The notes below the pieces were generated by a model. It saw only the letters and a list, made by a program, of their open reading frames with translations. It searched no databases and was not told the origin of the DNA. 64,000 bases of DNA from Candidatus Deferrimicrobiaceae bacterium (lineage in GTDB: Bacteria > Methylomirabilota > Methylomirabilia > Rokubacteriales > CSP1-6), in contig DATHSW010000395.1 of assembly GCA_035463855.1 (NCBI GenBank), forward strand, positions 121 to 64,120, given 5' to 3'. Positions 9,273 through 19,977 of the stretch are shown one piece after another; positions within the stretch are counted from its first letter, which is position 1, and every line of letters begins with the position of its first letter. Position numbers and translations under genes: made by a program.

Positions 9273-9770
9273 ATGTTCGATCAGAAGCAGCCGGCGGTCG
9301 GGAATGAGAGCCGTGGTCGAGAAGAGCCCGTGGTCGTGCGGCGCTTCAGGCCTTCCGACCTCCCGCACATCATGCCCATCGAGAACGCGGCATTTCCGGT
9401 CGACGCCTTTCCCGAGTCGGAGTTCAGGAGACTCTCCACCGCCCACCCCGATCAATTTCTCGTGGCCGAGATCGCGGGGGCTGTCGTGGGGTACGTGGCG
9501 GGATCCGTCACCGGGGACTGCGGGGAACTCGCATCCGTCGCGGTCGATCAACGGTATAGAGGGCGCGGGATCGCCACGGTACTCATCGGGCGTCTCCTGG
9601 ACGGATTCCAGCAGATCGGCCTGCGACGATGCGTTCTGCAGGTGCGCACCACGAACCTCCCCGCGATCGACCTCTACAAGCGTCTGCGCTTCCATATCGT
9701 CCGCTCGCTCGCGGCATACTACGCGGACGGGAGCGACGCGCTCCTGATGGAAAAGACGCTGTCGGGTTGA
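9273..9770 (+). CDS. GNAT family N-acetyltransferase (RimI-like)
   Basis: Acetyl-CoA binding motif QRYRGRGIATVLI and C-terminal NLPAIDLYKRLRF. Start chosen at MFDQK. Confidence 0.7.
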   Translation: MFDQKQPAVGNESRGREEPVVVRRFRPSDLPHIMPIENAAFPVDAFPESEFRRLSTAHPDQFLVAEIAGAVVGYVAGSVTGDCGELASVAVDQRYRGRGIATVLIGRLLDGFQQIGLRRCVLQVRTTNLPAIDLYKRLRFHIVRSLAAYYADGSDALLMEKTLSG

Positions 9771-9807
9771 GCGCTCATCCACTGCGCCTCCCGGGTCGAC
9801 GTCAGGC

Positions 9808-10419
9808 CTACGATGGACGGCCCACCGGCAACAGCGAGAGCGGCTCCTCGTCACGCGCCAGACCCAGGACTCGCTTCACTCGGCCGTCCTCGAAGGCCCC
9901 GACGACCACGGCGCCGAGACCGAGCGCGGCGGCTTGAAGGCAGACGTTCTGGGCCGCGTGGCCCACCTCCATGTGCACGTAGCGGATTCCCCGCTCGCCG
10001 TACTTCGCGGTCGTACGCTCGTACACCCCACTGAGCGCGATGACCGCCGCGCCGGCCTCCACGCAGTCCTGCCCGAGCGCCGCCGCGCTGAGCTCCCGTC
10101 GCCGGTCGCCCTCCCTGGTCAAGACGAGCTCATGCCGGTCGGGTTTGTACCGGTAGATCGCGCTCGGCAGACCGTCCACGTCTCCGATCACCACGTCGAC
10201 TTCCAGAGGGTAGAGCGCGCCGGCCGACGGGGCGGTCCGGAGGCCTTCAGGACCCGTGACCCCCTGAGCCGCCCAGAGGAGCTGGGCCAGCTCATCCTGA
10301 GTCAACGGCTTCCGCGAATACTCCCTGACCGATCTGCGCACTTGCAGCACGCGCTCGAGCGATCGCTCGCTCGACCGCGTGAGCCGCGACAGCCTGACCG
10401 GCGTGCTGACCGCGCTCAT
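9808..10419 (-). CDS. SagB-type dehydrogenase / nitroreductase-family protein
   Basis: 203 aa with RRSVREYS, LAQLLWAAQGVTG, PSAGALYPLE and a nitroreductase-fold C-terminus. Confidence 0.75.
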   Translation of the reverse strand: MSAVSTPVRLSRLTRSSERSLERVLQVRRSVREYSRKPLTQDELAQLLWAAQGVTGPEGLRTAPSAGALYPLEVDVVIGDVDGLPSAIYRYKPDRHELVLTREGDRRRELSAAALGQDCVEAGAAVIALSGVYERTTAKYGERGIRYVHMEVGHAAQNVCLQAAALGLGAVVVGAFEDGRVKRVLGLARDEEPLSLLPVGRPS

Positions 10420-10703
10420 GCTCGCCCCCTCCGGGCCGCCCCGCCCCGATCGCGGGTCGGGTCGTCGCTCGGCTTCTCCGCGCGAGTGCGCGGTCTTGGG
10501 TGCACCGGAACTGTCGCGCCCTCGTGGACCGCGAATTGCCCGCGCCGGGGCTCGGCCAGACGGAGATACTCGGTCGCGCGCATCCGGATCGCGCTGCGAT
10601 GATCTCCGGCGGGCATCGCGATGTCGCGCTGGTCGACGAGCGCCTCCTCCACGAACGCCGGCATGTCAAAGAGGCGGCCGAAGGGCGGGATCGCGCCCAG
10701 CAT
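10416..10703 (-). pseudogene. possible truncated YbaK/aminoacyl-tRNA-deacylase-like remnant
   Basis: MLGAIPPFGRLFDMPAFVEEALVDQRDIAMPAGDHRSAIRM resembles only the C-terminal third of YbaK/EbsC domains. The N-terminal part is absent because the CBS gene ends at 10714. A low-complexity tail follows. Confidence 0.3.
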
Positions 10704-10713
10704 CGCGTCCTCT

Positions 10714-11133
10714 TCATCGGCGCTCTCCGGGCGTTCCCACGAACGCCCGGATCACATCGGTGACGGTGAGCATCCCGACCACCCGGCCCGCGTCGGCCAC
10801 CGGCAGGGCGCCGAGCTTGCGATCGTGCATGATGCGGGCGGCGGCGCGGATGTCGGTGTCGGGGCCCACGGTGATGACGGCCCAGGTCATGATCTCGTTC
10901 ACTCTCAGACGAGCGAGCGTGCCCGCCAGCTGGCCCGGCTCTTCCTCAAGGCACCGTTCGAGGATTACCAGCCGGAGATCATGATCGGTGAGCATCCCGA
11001 TGAGCCGGCGGTCGGCGTCGAGCACCGGGAGATGGCGCACCTGCCGCGTCCGCATGATGCTCCAGGCGTCCGCGACGGTGGCGTCGTGTCCGATCGTGAC
11101 CAGCGAGCCGGCCATCAAGTCAGCGACCCGCAT
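10714..11133 (-). CDS. CBS-pair domain protein
   Basis: 139 aa with two CBS motifs (VRHLPVLDADRRLIGMLTDHDL and LGALPVADAGRVVGMLTVTDV). Confidence 0.85.
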   Translation of the reverse strand: MRVADLMAGSLVTIGHDATVADAWSIMRTRQVRHLPVLDADRRLIGMLTDHDLRLVILERCLEEEPGQLAGTLARLRVNEIMTWAVITVGPDTDIRAAARIMHDRKLGALPVADAGRVVGMLTVTDVIRAFVGTPGERR

Positions 11134-11524
11134 CGCGGCCCCCGGCCCTCATCACGCGGCCGTGGGCCGCACGAGCATCACGGGAACCGTGGCCTTCGCG
11201 AAGACCCGCTCGGCCACGCTGCCCAGCGGCGAGGATCTCTGCGACCGGATCGCCGAAGCGCACGACACCCTCCACCGGCACGTCGCCGAAGTGGACCTCA
11301 AGCGTACGCAGGTAATCGAGGCCTTCGCTGGTGAGGCTCTCGGTCTCCTGATCCGCGTACACCACGACACGGCCCTCCGCGTTGTGGACGGCCGATGGCT
11401 CGGGTGCCACGTGCAGCAGCCGCGCCGTTGCGTGAGCGCCGCGGGCGGTGTCGGCCACGATGGCCGCAACGGCATCCGTGCGAGGTGAACGGTCGACCGC
11501 CAGCAGGATCTTTTTGGTCGTCAT
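11120..11524 (-). CDS. universal stress protein (UspA family)
   Basis: MTTKKILLAVDRSP start after the ribosome-binding site GGGAGG. The domain is shorter than the other USP copies and lacks their clear C-terminal G-x2-G-x9-G(S/T) ATP-binding motif. Confidence 0.8.
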   Translation of the reverse strand: MTTKKILLAVDRSPRTDAVAAIVADTARGAHATARLLHVAPEPSAVHNAEGRVVVYADQETESLTSEGLDYLRTLEVHFGDVPVEGVVRFGDPVAEILAAGQRGRAGLREGHGSRDARAAHGRVMRAGGRDAGR

Positions 11525-11576
11525 GATAGCCTCCCGGACACGCTCGACGCGGAGCACTGCCTTTTCTCGTCTTTTG

Positions 11577-11592
11577 AGCAACCGAAATGCCA
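11577..11592 (-). promoter_or_regulatory. sigma-54 type -24/-12 promoter for the USP-CBS-(YbaK remnant)-SagB operon
   Basis: Minus strand reads TGGCAT-TTCGG-TTGCT, about 55 nt upstream of ATG 11524. Confidence 0.6.
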
Positions 11593-11708
11593 AGAATGGG
11601 AGTCAATGATTCCACGATGTTCGCGAGCTGGCACGCGGCCCCTGACCGAGGTGCGACGGGGCGGGAAGGCCCCACTGTAGCGGGCCGGCCCCATACCTTC
11701 CGGGCACG

Positions 11709-14700
11709 TCATGGGTCCCGCCTCGGTCGGCGCGGTGAGGCGGTGGCGCGGGCCACGGCCTTCCTCCCTTCCTCGAGCAACAGCATCGCGGGGGGGATCC
11801 ACAAGAGGAATCCCCACTCCGAGACGCCGAGGGCCGCGAGGCCGAAAGCCTCCGCCAGCGGTGGCGTGATAATGAGCAGCAGCAAGAGGCCGAGCTCGGC
11901 CGTGATTCCCACGAAGACGAGTGGGTTCCCGAAGAGGCCGGCGCGGAAGACCGACTCCCGATCGGTGCGGCAGGCGAATACGTTACCGACCTGGGCGGCG
12001 ACGATACCCGCGAGCGTCATCGTGGTCGCCCTCCGGTAGAGGGCACCGGTGGCCGCCATCGGCATCCCCGGTCGCCAGCCCGTCAGCCAGTAAGTCCAGA
12101 AGAAGGCAGCCAGAGCGAAGACGGCTTCGGCGGCCCCGAGGAAACCGTACGCATGCAGCAGGCGTCGGGCCCCGAGCAAGCGCTCGCTGCGGCCACGCGG
12201 CGGCTGGTCCATGACGCCCGGCTCGGGCGGCTCGGCCCCGAGCGCCAGCGCGGGCAGCAGGTCGGTACCGAGATCCACGGCCAGGATCTGCATGACCGTG
12301 AGCGGCAGCGGGATCCCGAGCAGCACGAACGCCAGGTAGGGCACCAGCTCGGGCACGTTGGAGGCGAAGATGTAGGTGACGAACTTGCCCATGTTGGCGT
12401 AGATGGCCCTCCCCTGCCGGACCGCCGAGACGATCGAGGCGAAGTTGTCGTCGGTGATCACCACGACGGCCGCCTCCTTCGCCACCTCGCTGCCCCGCCC
12501 TCCCATCGCCACCCCGACGGCGGCGGCCTTGAGAGCCGGGGCGTCGTTCACCCCGTCACCGGTGACGGCCACGACGTGGCCAGCCGCGGCCAGAGCCGAC
12601 ACGAGGGCGAGCTTGTGAGCGGGCGACGTCCTCGCGAAGAGCACGGCGGGCTCGGCGAGCAGTCGCTCCAACAGCTCGGGCGTCAGCCGTTCCAGCTCCT
12701 CGCCCGTGACGACTTTCTCGACCGGGAGGCCGACCTGGCGCGCAATGGCCTGCGCGGTGAGACCGTAGTCTCCCGTCACCATGATCACCCGGATACCGGC
12801 CCGGTGACACATGGCCACCGCCTCGGCAACCTCGGGACGGGGAGGATCCCAGAGCGCCACCATTCCCAGGAAGGTCAGCTGCTGCTCGACGCGGGAGGCT
12901 CCGCCGTCCAGCAGCTCATCGGCAATCGGGCGAGTGGCAACGGCCAGCATCCGAAGGCCTTCCGCGGCGAGACGGTCATGCTCCTGCTCGACGGCGCGGC
13001 GGATGGCGTCGGTGAGCAGTTCGGTGCGCCCGCTCCATCGGATCGTCTCGCAGAGAGCGAGCGTCTCCCGGGGCGCACCCTTGACGAAGGCCACCGGGCC
13101 GTCGGCGGTCGCGCGGATCAGGGTCATCCGCTTCCGGAACGAGTCGAAGGGGTGCGGGGCCAACAATGGGTGCGCCGTCCTGACCTTCGTGGGGTCCACG
13201 CCGGCGCGGGCGGCCGCCACCATCATGGCCACTTCGGTGGGATCGCCGCGCTCGGCGCTCGCCTGGGAGGCCAGCGCGGCGGCCTCGAAGAGCTCCTGCA
13301 CGCCGTCGGCGCCGCCCGTACCGGGGTCTGCGAGCGCACGCGTCCGCCCCGCCGCCCAGGCGAAGCGGGCCTCCATGCGTCCCTGGGTCAGAGTGCCGGT
13401 CTTGTCGGTGCAGATCACGGTGGTGGCGCCCAGCGTTTCGACCGCGGATAGCCGCTTGACGATGCAGGCGCGCCGGGCCATGCCCTGAACGCCGAGCGCA
13501 AGGGCGAGGGTCAGCGTCGGCAGCAGGCCCTCGGGCACGTTGGCGACGATCACGCCGAGGGCGAACACCAATCCGTCGCCGACGGAAAGGAGACCGAGCG
13601 CCGCACCCAACGCGAAGAAGGCCGCCCCAAAAGAGACCGCCAGCACGGTCACGACCCTCGTTACCCACGCCATCTCGCGCTGTAGCGGGCTCGGCGCCTC
13701 CGCCACGGCCTGCGTCAGGTGCGCAATGGCGCCGATCTCCGTCTGCATGCCCGTCGCGCGAGCCACCATGGTCCCGGTGCCGGCCACGACACCCGTGCCC
13801 GCGAAGACGAGCTCCTGGCACTCCAGGAAGGGGATCCGCGAGCGCGACTCGCCGGCGGCGGCGAGCTTGAACACCGGATGGGCCTCACCGGTGAGGGCAC
13901 TCTGGTCCACGCGCAGACCGGCGGCCGAGAGGAGCTGACCGTCGGCCGGAATCTGATCGCCTTCCTCGAGCCGGACGACATCTCCGGGGACGAGCCCCGT
14001 CACGATCAGGCGCTCCTCGCGACCGCCGCGCAACACCGTGATCTGCTGGGGCAGCATCGCTTGCAGCGCCTCCACCGCCCGCTCGGCCCGGTACTCCTGA
14101 AGGAAGCTGAACACACCGTTGACGACGATGACGCCGAAGATGGCCCAGCCGAGCTGCGGCATTCCGGCGAGGAACGCGCAGGCCCCTCCGATCCAGAGCA
14201 GCACCGCGAAGAAGCTCCAGAACTGCTCGAGGAAGCGGGCGACGAGCGGACGCCGCCGGATGCGCTCGAGCCGATTGGACCCGCAGGCGTGGAGGCGAAG
14301 CTCAACTTCGTCCGCAGCGAGCCCGTCGGGCCCGGACCCGAGGAGCGCCAGCACGTCGGCGGGCGCCAGCGCCGCCTCGCCGGCATGCTCTTCCGCCAGG
14401 GCCAGCACCCGCACGAGGCTCTCGCGGGTCGTCGCGGACACGGCGGCCTCCCGCACGGCCGCTTCGGCCAGGCAGGCGCAGAGCCGGGACACCAGCCGCA
14501 GGGCGCGCCCGCTCTCGGCAACGGGCGAGGTCAGCACGAGCGCGATCTCGGCGGAAGGGAGATCGGCCGCGAGCCGCGGCGCATGCGGCAGGCGCACCCA
14601 GCGCAGGCCCATGCCGCCGGAGGGTCGGGTGAGCGCGTGGGCCAGCACGACGCCGGGCGCGATCGTCAAGAGTCCAATCGGCCCTTCGAGATCGAGCCGC

Positions 14701-14789
14701 TCCGAGAGTGCGGCCGCCGAGGCGACGTCGGCCCCCAGCACGACCGGATCGCCGATGAGGAACGGGGAGATGGAGGGGGCCCGTGCCAT
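11709..14789 (-). CDS. P-type cation-transporting ATPase (type II-like) with an N-terminal extension of about 140 aa
   Basis: DKTGTLT phosphorylation site, VTGDGVNDAPALKAA hinge and 10 TM helices. The canonical N-terminus (GLAADEVELRLHACGSNRLE) begins only near residue 155. Confidence 0.9.
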   Translation of the reverse strand: MARAPSISPFLIGDPVVLGADVASAAALSERLDLEGPIGLLTIAPGVVLAHALTRPSGGMGLRWVRLPHAPRLAADLPSAEIALVLTSPVAESGRALRLVSRLCACLAEAAVREAAVSATTRESLVRVLALAEEHAGEAALAPADVLALLGSGPDGLAADEVELRLHACGSNRLERIRRRPLVARFLEQFWSFFAVLLWIGGACAFLAGMPQLGWAIFGVIVVNGVFSFLQEYRAERAVEALQAMLPQQITVLRGGREERLIVTGLVPGDVVRLEEGDQIPADGQLLSAAGLRVDQSALTGEAHPVFKLAAAGESRSRIPFLECQELVFAGTGVVAGTGTMVARATGMQTEIGAIAHLTQAVAEAPSPLQREMAWVTRVVTVLAVSFGAAFFALGAALGLLSVGDGLVFALGVIVANVPEGLLPTLTLALALGVQGMARRACIVKRLSAVETLGATTVICTDKTGTLTQGRMEARFAWAAGRTRALADPGTGGADGVQELFEAAALASQASAERGDPTEVAMMVAAARAGVDPTKVRTAHPLLAPHPFDSFRKRMTLIRATADGPVAFVKGAPRETLALCETIRWSGRTELLTDAIRRAVEQEHDRLAAEGLRMLAVATRPIADELLDGGASRVEQQLTFLGMVALWDPPRPEVAEAVAMCHRAGIRVIMVTGDYGLTAQAIARQVGLPVEKVVTGEELERLTPELLERLLAEPAVLFARTSPAHKLALVSALAAAGHVVAVTGDGVNDAPALKAAAVGVAMGGRGSEVAKEAAVVVITDDNFASIVSAVRQGRAIYANMGKFVTYIFASNVPELVPYLAFVLLGIPLPLTVMQILAVDLGTDLLPALALGAEPPEPGVMDQPPRGRSERLLGARRLLHAYGFLGAAEAVFALAAFFWTYWLTGWRPGMPMAATGALYRRATTMTLAGIVAAQVGNVFACRTDRESVFRAGLFGNPLVFVGITAELGLLLLLIITPPLAEAFGLAALGVSEWGFLLWIPPAMLLLEEGRKAVARATASPRRPRRDP

Positions 14790-14809
14790 CGGCGAAGATC
14801 CGCTTGCCC

Positions 14810-16504
14810 TCAGCTTCGCCCGAGCAGGGCTCTCAGCTCGCGGCCGCGCCTGGGCCGACCCAGCTTCCGCAGGGCGTGCGCCTCGATCTGACGGATCCGC
14901 TCTCGGGACAAGGACAGGCGCGTCGCGATCTCCTGGAGCGTGTGCTCGTGATCGGTCCCGATTCCAAACCGAAGCCGCAGGATCTCGCGCTCCTTGCCCG
15001 ACAGCGCCTTCAGCGCCTGCCGCACGCGGGTCACGGTCTCCTCGCTCAGGACGGCGACATCCGGGCTGGCAATCTCCTTGTCCTCGAGCAGATCGCCCAG
15101 CTGCGACTCCTCCTCACCGATCGGAGCCTGCAAGGATAGCGTCCGACCGGGAGCTTCCAGGAGCAGGCGAACCTGGCGGGCGGGCACCCGCATCATCACG
15201 GCCAGCTCCTCCGGAGTGGCTTCGCGTCCAAGCTTCGCCTCCAGGCTCCGCCTCACGCTCGATAGCCGGTACAGCTTCTCCGCCACATGGACCGGCACGC
15301 GGATCATGCGGGCGCGGTCGGCGATGCCCCGGGTCACGGACTGGCGGATCCACCACGTCGCATACGTCGAGAACCGGAACCCGCGGCGATACTGGAAGCG
15401 ATCCACCGCCTTGATCAGGCCGAGGTTGCCTTCCTGGATCAGATCGAGCAGGGAGATTCCGCTTCCACGATATCGCTTCGCCACCGAGACGACGAGTCGA
15501 AGATTCGCCTCGATCAGCTCCCGCTTGGCCTCGCGGACCAGGCGGTCCTGCTCCTGGATCCCGGACACGATCTCCCGGAACCGGTCGCGTCGGAGCCCGA
15601 CCTGCTTCTCCAGCTCTCGGAGGGCTCTGGTGCGTTCGCGGCCCGGCGAGCGGCCTTCCAGCTCCCGGATGCGCCCGCCCAGGCCCCCGAGCGTCGACGC
15701 CAGATCCTCGAGCACGACGGGCTTGATCGGAAGCCCCGCCACGATCTGCTGCACGCGCTCCCGATCGCGGGCGATCTGCCGTTCGACCAGCGCGCGCGCC
15801 GCGGCGGATCGCCTCCGTCCCCCGGGGGCGCGCTCCAGTCTGCCGATCGCCTGCTCGATGCGCTTGACCCGGGCAAACGCGGCCAGGACGCTCCGCACCC
15901 TCGCCGGCGTCGGCTCACGCGCTTCCGGCACGAGGATGAGGCCCTCGGGCGGGGTCTTGCCCGTCCGCACATCCTCGGCCCGGCCGAGCAGGGTCTGAAC
16001 GCCGAGCGGAACGGCGGCAAGCGCCCGGCGCAACTCGGTCTGACCCGCTTCGATGCGCTGGCCGATCTGCACTTCCTGGGCGGCGGTCAGCAACTTGGCC
16101 TTGCCGATCTCCGTGAGGTACCTGGTCGTCGGGTCCTCGGCCGCCGGCGCCGCCTCTTCGATCTCCTCTTCTTCTTCCGCTCCCTCTACCTCGAGCTCCT
16201 CTTCCGCTCTCTCTGCATCGAGCGTCCCGAGCACTCCGGCCGATTCGAGGACCAGCTCCGTCGCGGGCTTGATCGGCCGAGCCTCGGCCCGCTCCAGGGC
16301 GGCCCCGGGATTGCCGGTGACTCGACCGATCCGGCGGCGCCGGGGGCCCGGAGCCGGCTGGAGGGGAAGCCGTAGCTGCGAGACCGGCAGCACTCCCCAG
16401 CGCACCGCCCGCTCCCGCCACTCGCGGTCAGACTCCGAGAAGCGGCCCGCGCGCGGGATCCCCGATCGGCCCCGGCTGGATCGCGGCACGTGTGCGCTCC
16501 TCAC
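14810..16504 (-). CDS. RNA polymerase sigma-70 family factor, RpoD-like (paralog 1); start uncertain
   Basis: Region 1.2 [17 protein letters not shown], region 2 [35 protein letters not shown], region 4.2 [20 protein letters not shown], and an acidic spacer. The proposed GTG at 16504 overlaps the DUF2267 stop as GTGA. Confidence 0.8.
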   Translation of the reverse strand: MRSAHVPRSSRGRSGIPRAGRFSESDREWRERAVRWGVLPVSQLRLPLQPAPGPRRRRIGRVTGNPGAALERAEARPIKPATELVLESAGVLGTLDAERAEEELEVEGAEEEEEIEEAAPAAEDPTTRYLTEIGKAKLLTAAQEVQIGQRIEAGQTELRRALAAVPLGVQTLLGRAEDVRTGKTPPEGLILVPEAREPTPARVRSVLAAFARVKRIEQAIGRLERAPGGRRRSAAARALVERQIARDRERVQQIVAGLPIKPVVLEDLASTLGGLGGRIRELEGRSPGRERTRALRELEKQVGLRRDRFREIVSGIQEQDRLVREAKRELIEANLRLVVSVAKRYRGSGISLLDLIQEGNLGLIKAVDRFQYRRGFRFSTYATWWIRQSVTRGIADRARMIRVPVHVAEKLYRLSSVRRSLEAKLGREATPEELAVMMRVPARQVRLLLEAPGRTLSLQAPIGEEESQLGDLLEDKEIASPDVAVLSEETVTRVRQALKALSGKEREILRLRFGIGTDHEHTLQEIATRLSLSRERIRQIEAHALRKLGRPRRGRELRALLGRS

Positions 16505-16902
16505 GCCTCGGCTTGCGCTTCGACCCACACTTCCTTGAGACTCTTCGGCAGCTGCGCGAGAACGTCCCCCGCCTCGCCCGGCGACAGCTGTTCCTTCAGC
16601 GCCGCGAAGACCGCGAGCGTCATCCACCGCGCTTCGCGAGCCGACGCCAGCCCGGTCTCACGGCGCACTCGCTCGCGGAAGTCCTCCCACTTCAGCTTGA
16701 GCGGTCTCCGCTCGGGCGCCTCGCCCTCTTCCCACACGGTCTTCAACTCGAGCGGAAGCTGGGCGACGACCTGATCGGCTTCGATCGGGGTGAGCCGATC
16801 TCGCAACGCGTGAAACACCGCCGCGGTCGCGCGTCGTGCCGCCGCCGGATCTCCCTGGTGGCTCGTGTCCATAACGGTCCGGTAGAAAGACTGTGCCGTC
16901 AT
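16501..16902 (-). CDS. DUF2267-like protein
   Basis: [12 protein letters not shown]... with two repeats of the motif A..VF.AL...L...E...V.AQLP..LK.VW. The ribosome-binding site GGAGGAGGAGG precedes ATG 16902. Confidence 0.65.
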   Translation of the reverse strand: MTAQSFYRTVMDTSHQGDPAAARRATAAVFHALRDRLTPIEADQVVAQLPLELKTVWEEGEAPERRPLKLKWEDFRERVRRETGLASAREARWMTLAVFAALKEQLSPGEAGDVLAQLPKSLKEVWVEAQAEA

Positions 16903-17043
16903 GCTCTCCTCCTCCTCCCGTCCCAGGATTGCGTAGTTAGCCACCCAGCTCGCCTCGGGGACGTCCTGCCTCAGACGTGCTGGTCCTCCGCGACACTCCG
17001 GTCGGAGGCCGGCGTCGATGCCGGTGACGATTACGCCATCCAA
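16903..17043 (-). pseudogene. relic of a GYD-domain gene in the 5' leader of the DUF2267 gene
   Basis: Translation ...LRQDVPEASWVANYAILG matches RRDCPQVKWVANYAILG of the intact GYD gene at 62567-62860. The DNA at 16922-16948 matches 62718-62744 at about 24 of 27 positions. Confidence 0.5.
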
Positions 17044-17046
17044 AGG

Positions 17047-17062
17047 AGCATTGCCGGTGCCA
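17047..17062 (-). promoter_or_regulatory. sigma-54 type -24/-12 promoter for the DUF2267-sigma factor(-ATPase) operon
   Basis: Minus strand reads TGGCAC-CGGCA-ATGCT. Confidence 0.55.
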
Positions 17063-17204
17063 AGCGGGGGGTGCCGTGTTTATGGCCACTTCGCCCCGCC
17101 CCATCCCGATGTCTGCGGCATCGCTGCCCCACTGGGTCGTGACTTCCTTGGGGCGGCTCCCTGAGGCGCCTGGGTCAACTTCCCGATCCGACGTGCTTTC
17201 TGAA

Positions 17205-17220
17205 TGGCATGAGCCTTGCC
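17205..17220 (+). promoter_or_regulatory. sigma-54 type -24/-12 promoter for the Cys-rich small ORF and PIMT-like gene
   Basis: TGGCAT-GAGCC-TTGCC, 48 nt upstream of ATG 17268. It diverges from the promoter at 17047. Confidence 0.5.
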
Positions 17221-17267
17221 GGAATGCTGAGCTGCCAGCTCGGCCATCGGACGAAGGTGGTGACTTC

Positions 17268-17432
17268 ATGGACATGTGCATCTGTGGACATTCGGAGAGG
17301 GACCATCGCCCAACGGGCGAGTGCCGTGCGGCAGGTTGCCGCTGCAAGAGCTTCGAACCGGTTCCCGAGATCCACCGCGCCCAACCCTGCCCGCCACGGC
17401 TGACGGCCAGCTCTCCCACCAACGGTCGGTAG
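17268..17432 (+). CDS. small Cys/His-rich protein, copy 1 (54 aa), unknown family
   Basis: MDMCICGHSERDHRPTGECRAAGCRCKSFEP... matches 57189-57404 at 27 of the first 31 residues. The DNA differences between the copies are mostly synonymous. Confidence 0.55.
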   Translation: MDMCICGHSERDHRPTGECRAAGCRCKSFEPVPEIHRAQPCPPRLTASSPTNGR

Positions 17433-17459
17433 GTCGGCGATCCGCACTGAACATGGTCG

Positions 17460-18179
17460 GTGGGGCACATGAACGAGAACCGGGCACGGGGCTGGGCCGT
17501 ACCGCCACCGAAAGAATCAACGAAGAGCTCCGGGGATTTCGCGCGCGAGCGGGCCGCCAAAGTCCGCCGGCTCATCAGGCAGGGCTACGTCCAATCCGCC
17601 CGAATCAGACAGGCCTTGTTGAAGGTGCCGCGAGAGGACTTTATTCCTCGCCAGTACCGGGACTACGCCTACCTCGAGGTTCCGCTGCCCCTGCCGGGCA
17701 CGCAGGCGACGATCTCGTGTCCGCACAGCTACCCCCTATTCTACGAGCCGCTCGGTCTGGACCAAGGCCATCGGTTCCTCGAGATCGGCACCGGCTCAGG
17801 ATACGGAAGTGCCGTCGCGCGAGAGATCGTCGGTGCCGGGGGGCTGGTTGTCTCGGTTGAAATCGACCCGTTGACCTTTGCCTTCGCCAAGGCCAATCTC
17901 GAGGCCGCTGCCTATCGAGATATCGTTCTTGTGCGCGGCGACGGCGGCCTCGGCTATCCGGAGCTCAGTCCGTACGACCGGATCGCGGTGACCGCGGCCT
18001 GCTCGACGATCCCTCCCCCTCTGATCGAGCAGCTCGCGATCGGGGGGAGGCTCGTCGCGCCGATCATAGAAGAGGGAGCCCAGAACCTCCGCCTCCTCGA
18101 GAAGACCGCGGAGGGGATCAGGACGCGAGTCATCGGCGAGGTCCTGTATGTATCTCTCAGGGGCGCCTACGCCGCGTGA
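17460..18179 (+). CDS. divergent protein-L-isoaspartate O-methyltransferase-like methyltransferase
   Basis: LKVPREDFIP, SAM motif FLEIGTGSGYGSAVAREIVG, PYDRIAVTAA, EQLAIGGRLVAPI. The substrate-loop motif is altered (ATISCPHSYPLFYE instead of GQTIS-P). Confidence 0.75.
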   Translation: MGHMNENRARGWAVPPPKESTKSSGDFARERAAKVRRLIRQGYVQSARIRQALLKVPREDFIPRQYRDYAYLEVPLPLPGTQATISCPHSYPLFYEPLGLDQGHRFLEIGTGSGYGSAVAREIVGAGGLVVSVEIDPLTFAFAKANLEAAAYRDIVLVRGDGGLGYPELSPYDRIAVTAACSTIPPPLIEQLAIGGRLVAPIIEEGAQNLRLLEKTAEGIRTRVIGEVLYVSLRGAYAA

Positions 18180-18271
18180 CCGTCCCGGCGGTGGGCTCGC
18201 CGGGCTGCCGCACCCTTCGCACCTTGCCATCATGCCCTCTGCCCTCCCAAGGTCGTCGGCCGGTTGCCCGC

Positions 18272-19684
<1,413 letters not shown>

Positions 19685-19753
19685 GCCGACCCCGCCGGCA
19701 CCTTCACGAGCCGAGCGCTCATCTCACACTCCTTCTGACGATTGGTTGTCCTC

Positions 19754-19769
19754 AGCATTGCCTGTGCCA
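19754..19769 (-). promoter_or_regulatory. sigma-54 type -24/-12 promoter for degP/htrA
   Basis: Minus strand reads TGGCAC-AGGCA-ATGCT, about 70 nt upstream of the start. It is nearly identical to the promoter at 17047. Confidence 0.6.
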
Positions 19770-19947
19770 GCTCGCCTTCGCGGCCCGGGCGACGGGAAAC
19801 CGCTTCGCGGCCACGTTCACTTGTCGGTGCTCATGCGAGTCCATTCCGCGGCGATGGGGCGCTCGCGCCCCAGATGGGACATGAGTGCCAGCCACGGGCC
19901 CCGCGCTTCACTGCGGGCCTCGTCGAGTTACCGATGGCTTGGCGCTG

Positions 19948-19963
19948 AGGCACGGAGCTTGCT
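19948..19963 (+). promoter_or_regulatory. candidate sigma-54 promoter for sigma factor paralog 2
   Basis: AGGCAC-GGAGC-TTGCT. The GC of the -12 box lies only 16 nt before ATG 19978, which implies a near-leaderless mRNA. Confidence 0.45.
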
Positions 19964-19977
19964 GGCCGAGTCGTTCG

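Noticed and set aside
18184-18204. GC-rich hairpins after convergent gene ends (cccggcg-N7-cgccggg at 18184-18204; gggtcgg-N9-ccgaccc at 62089-62111) considered as intrinsic terminators
   Set aside because: The stems are only 7 bp and no U-tract follows. In DNA this GC-rich such hairpins are expected by chance.
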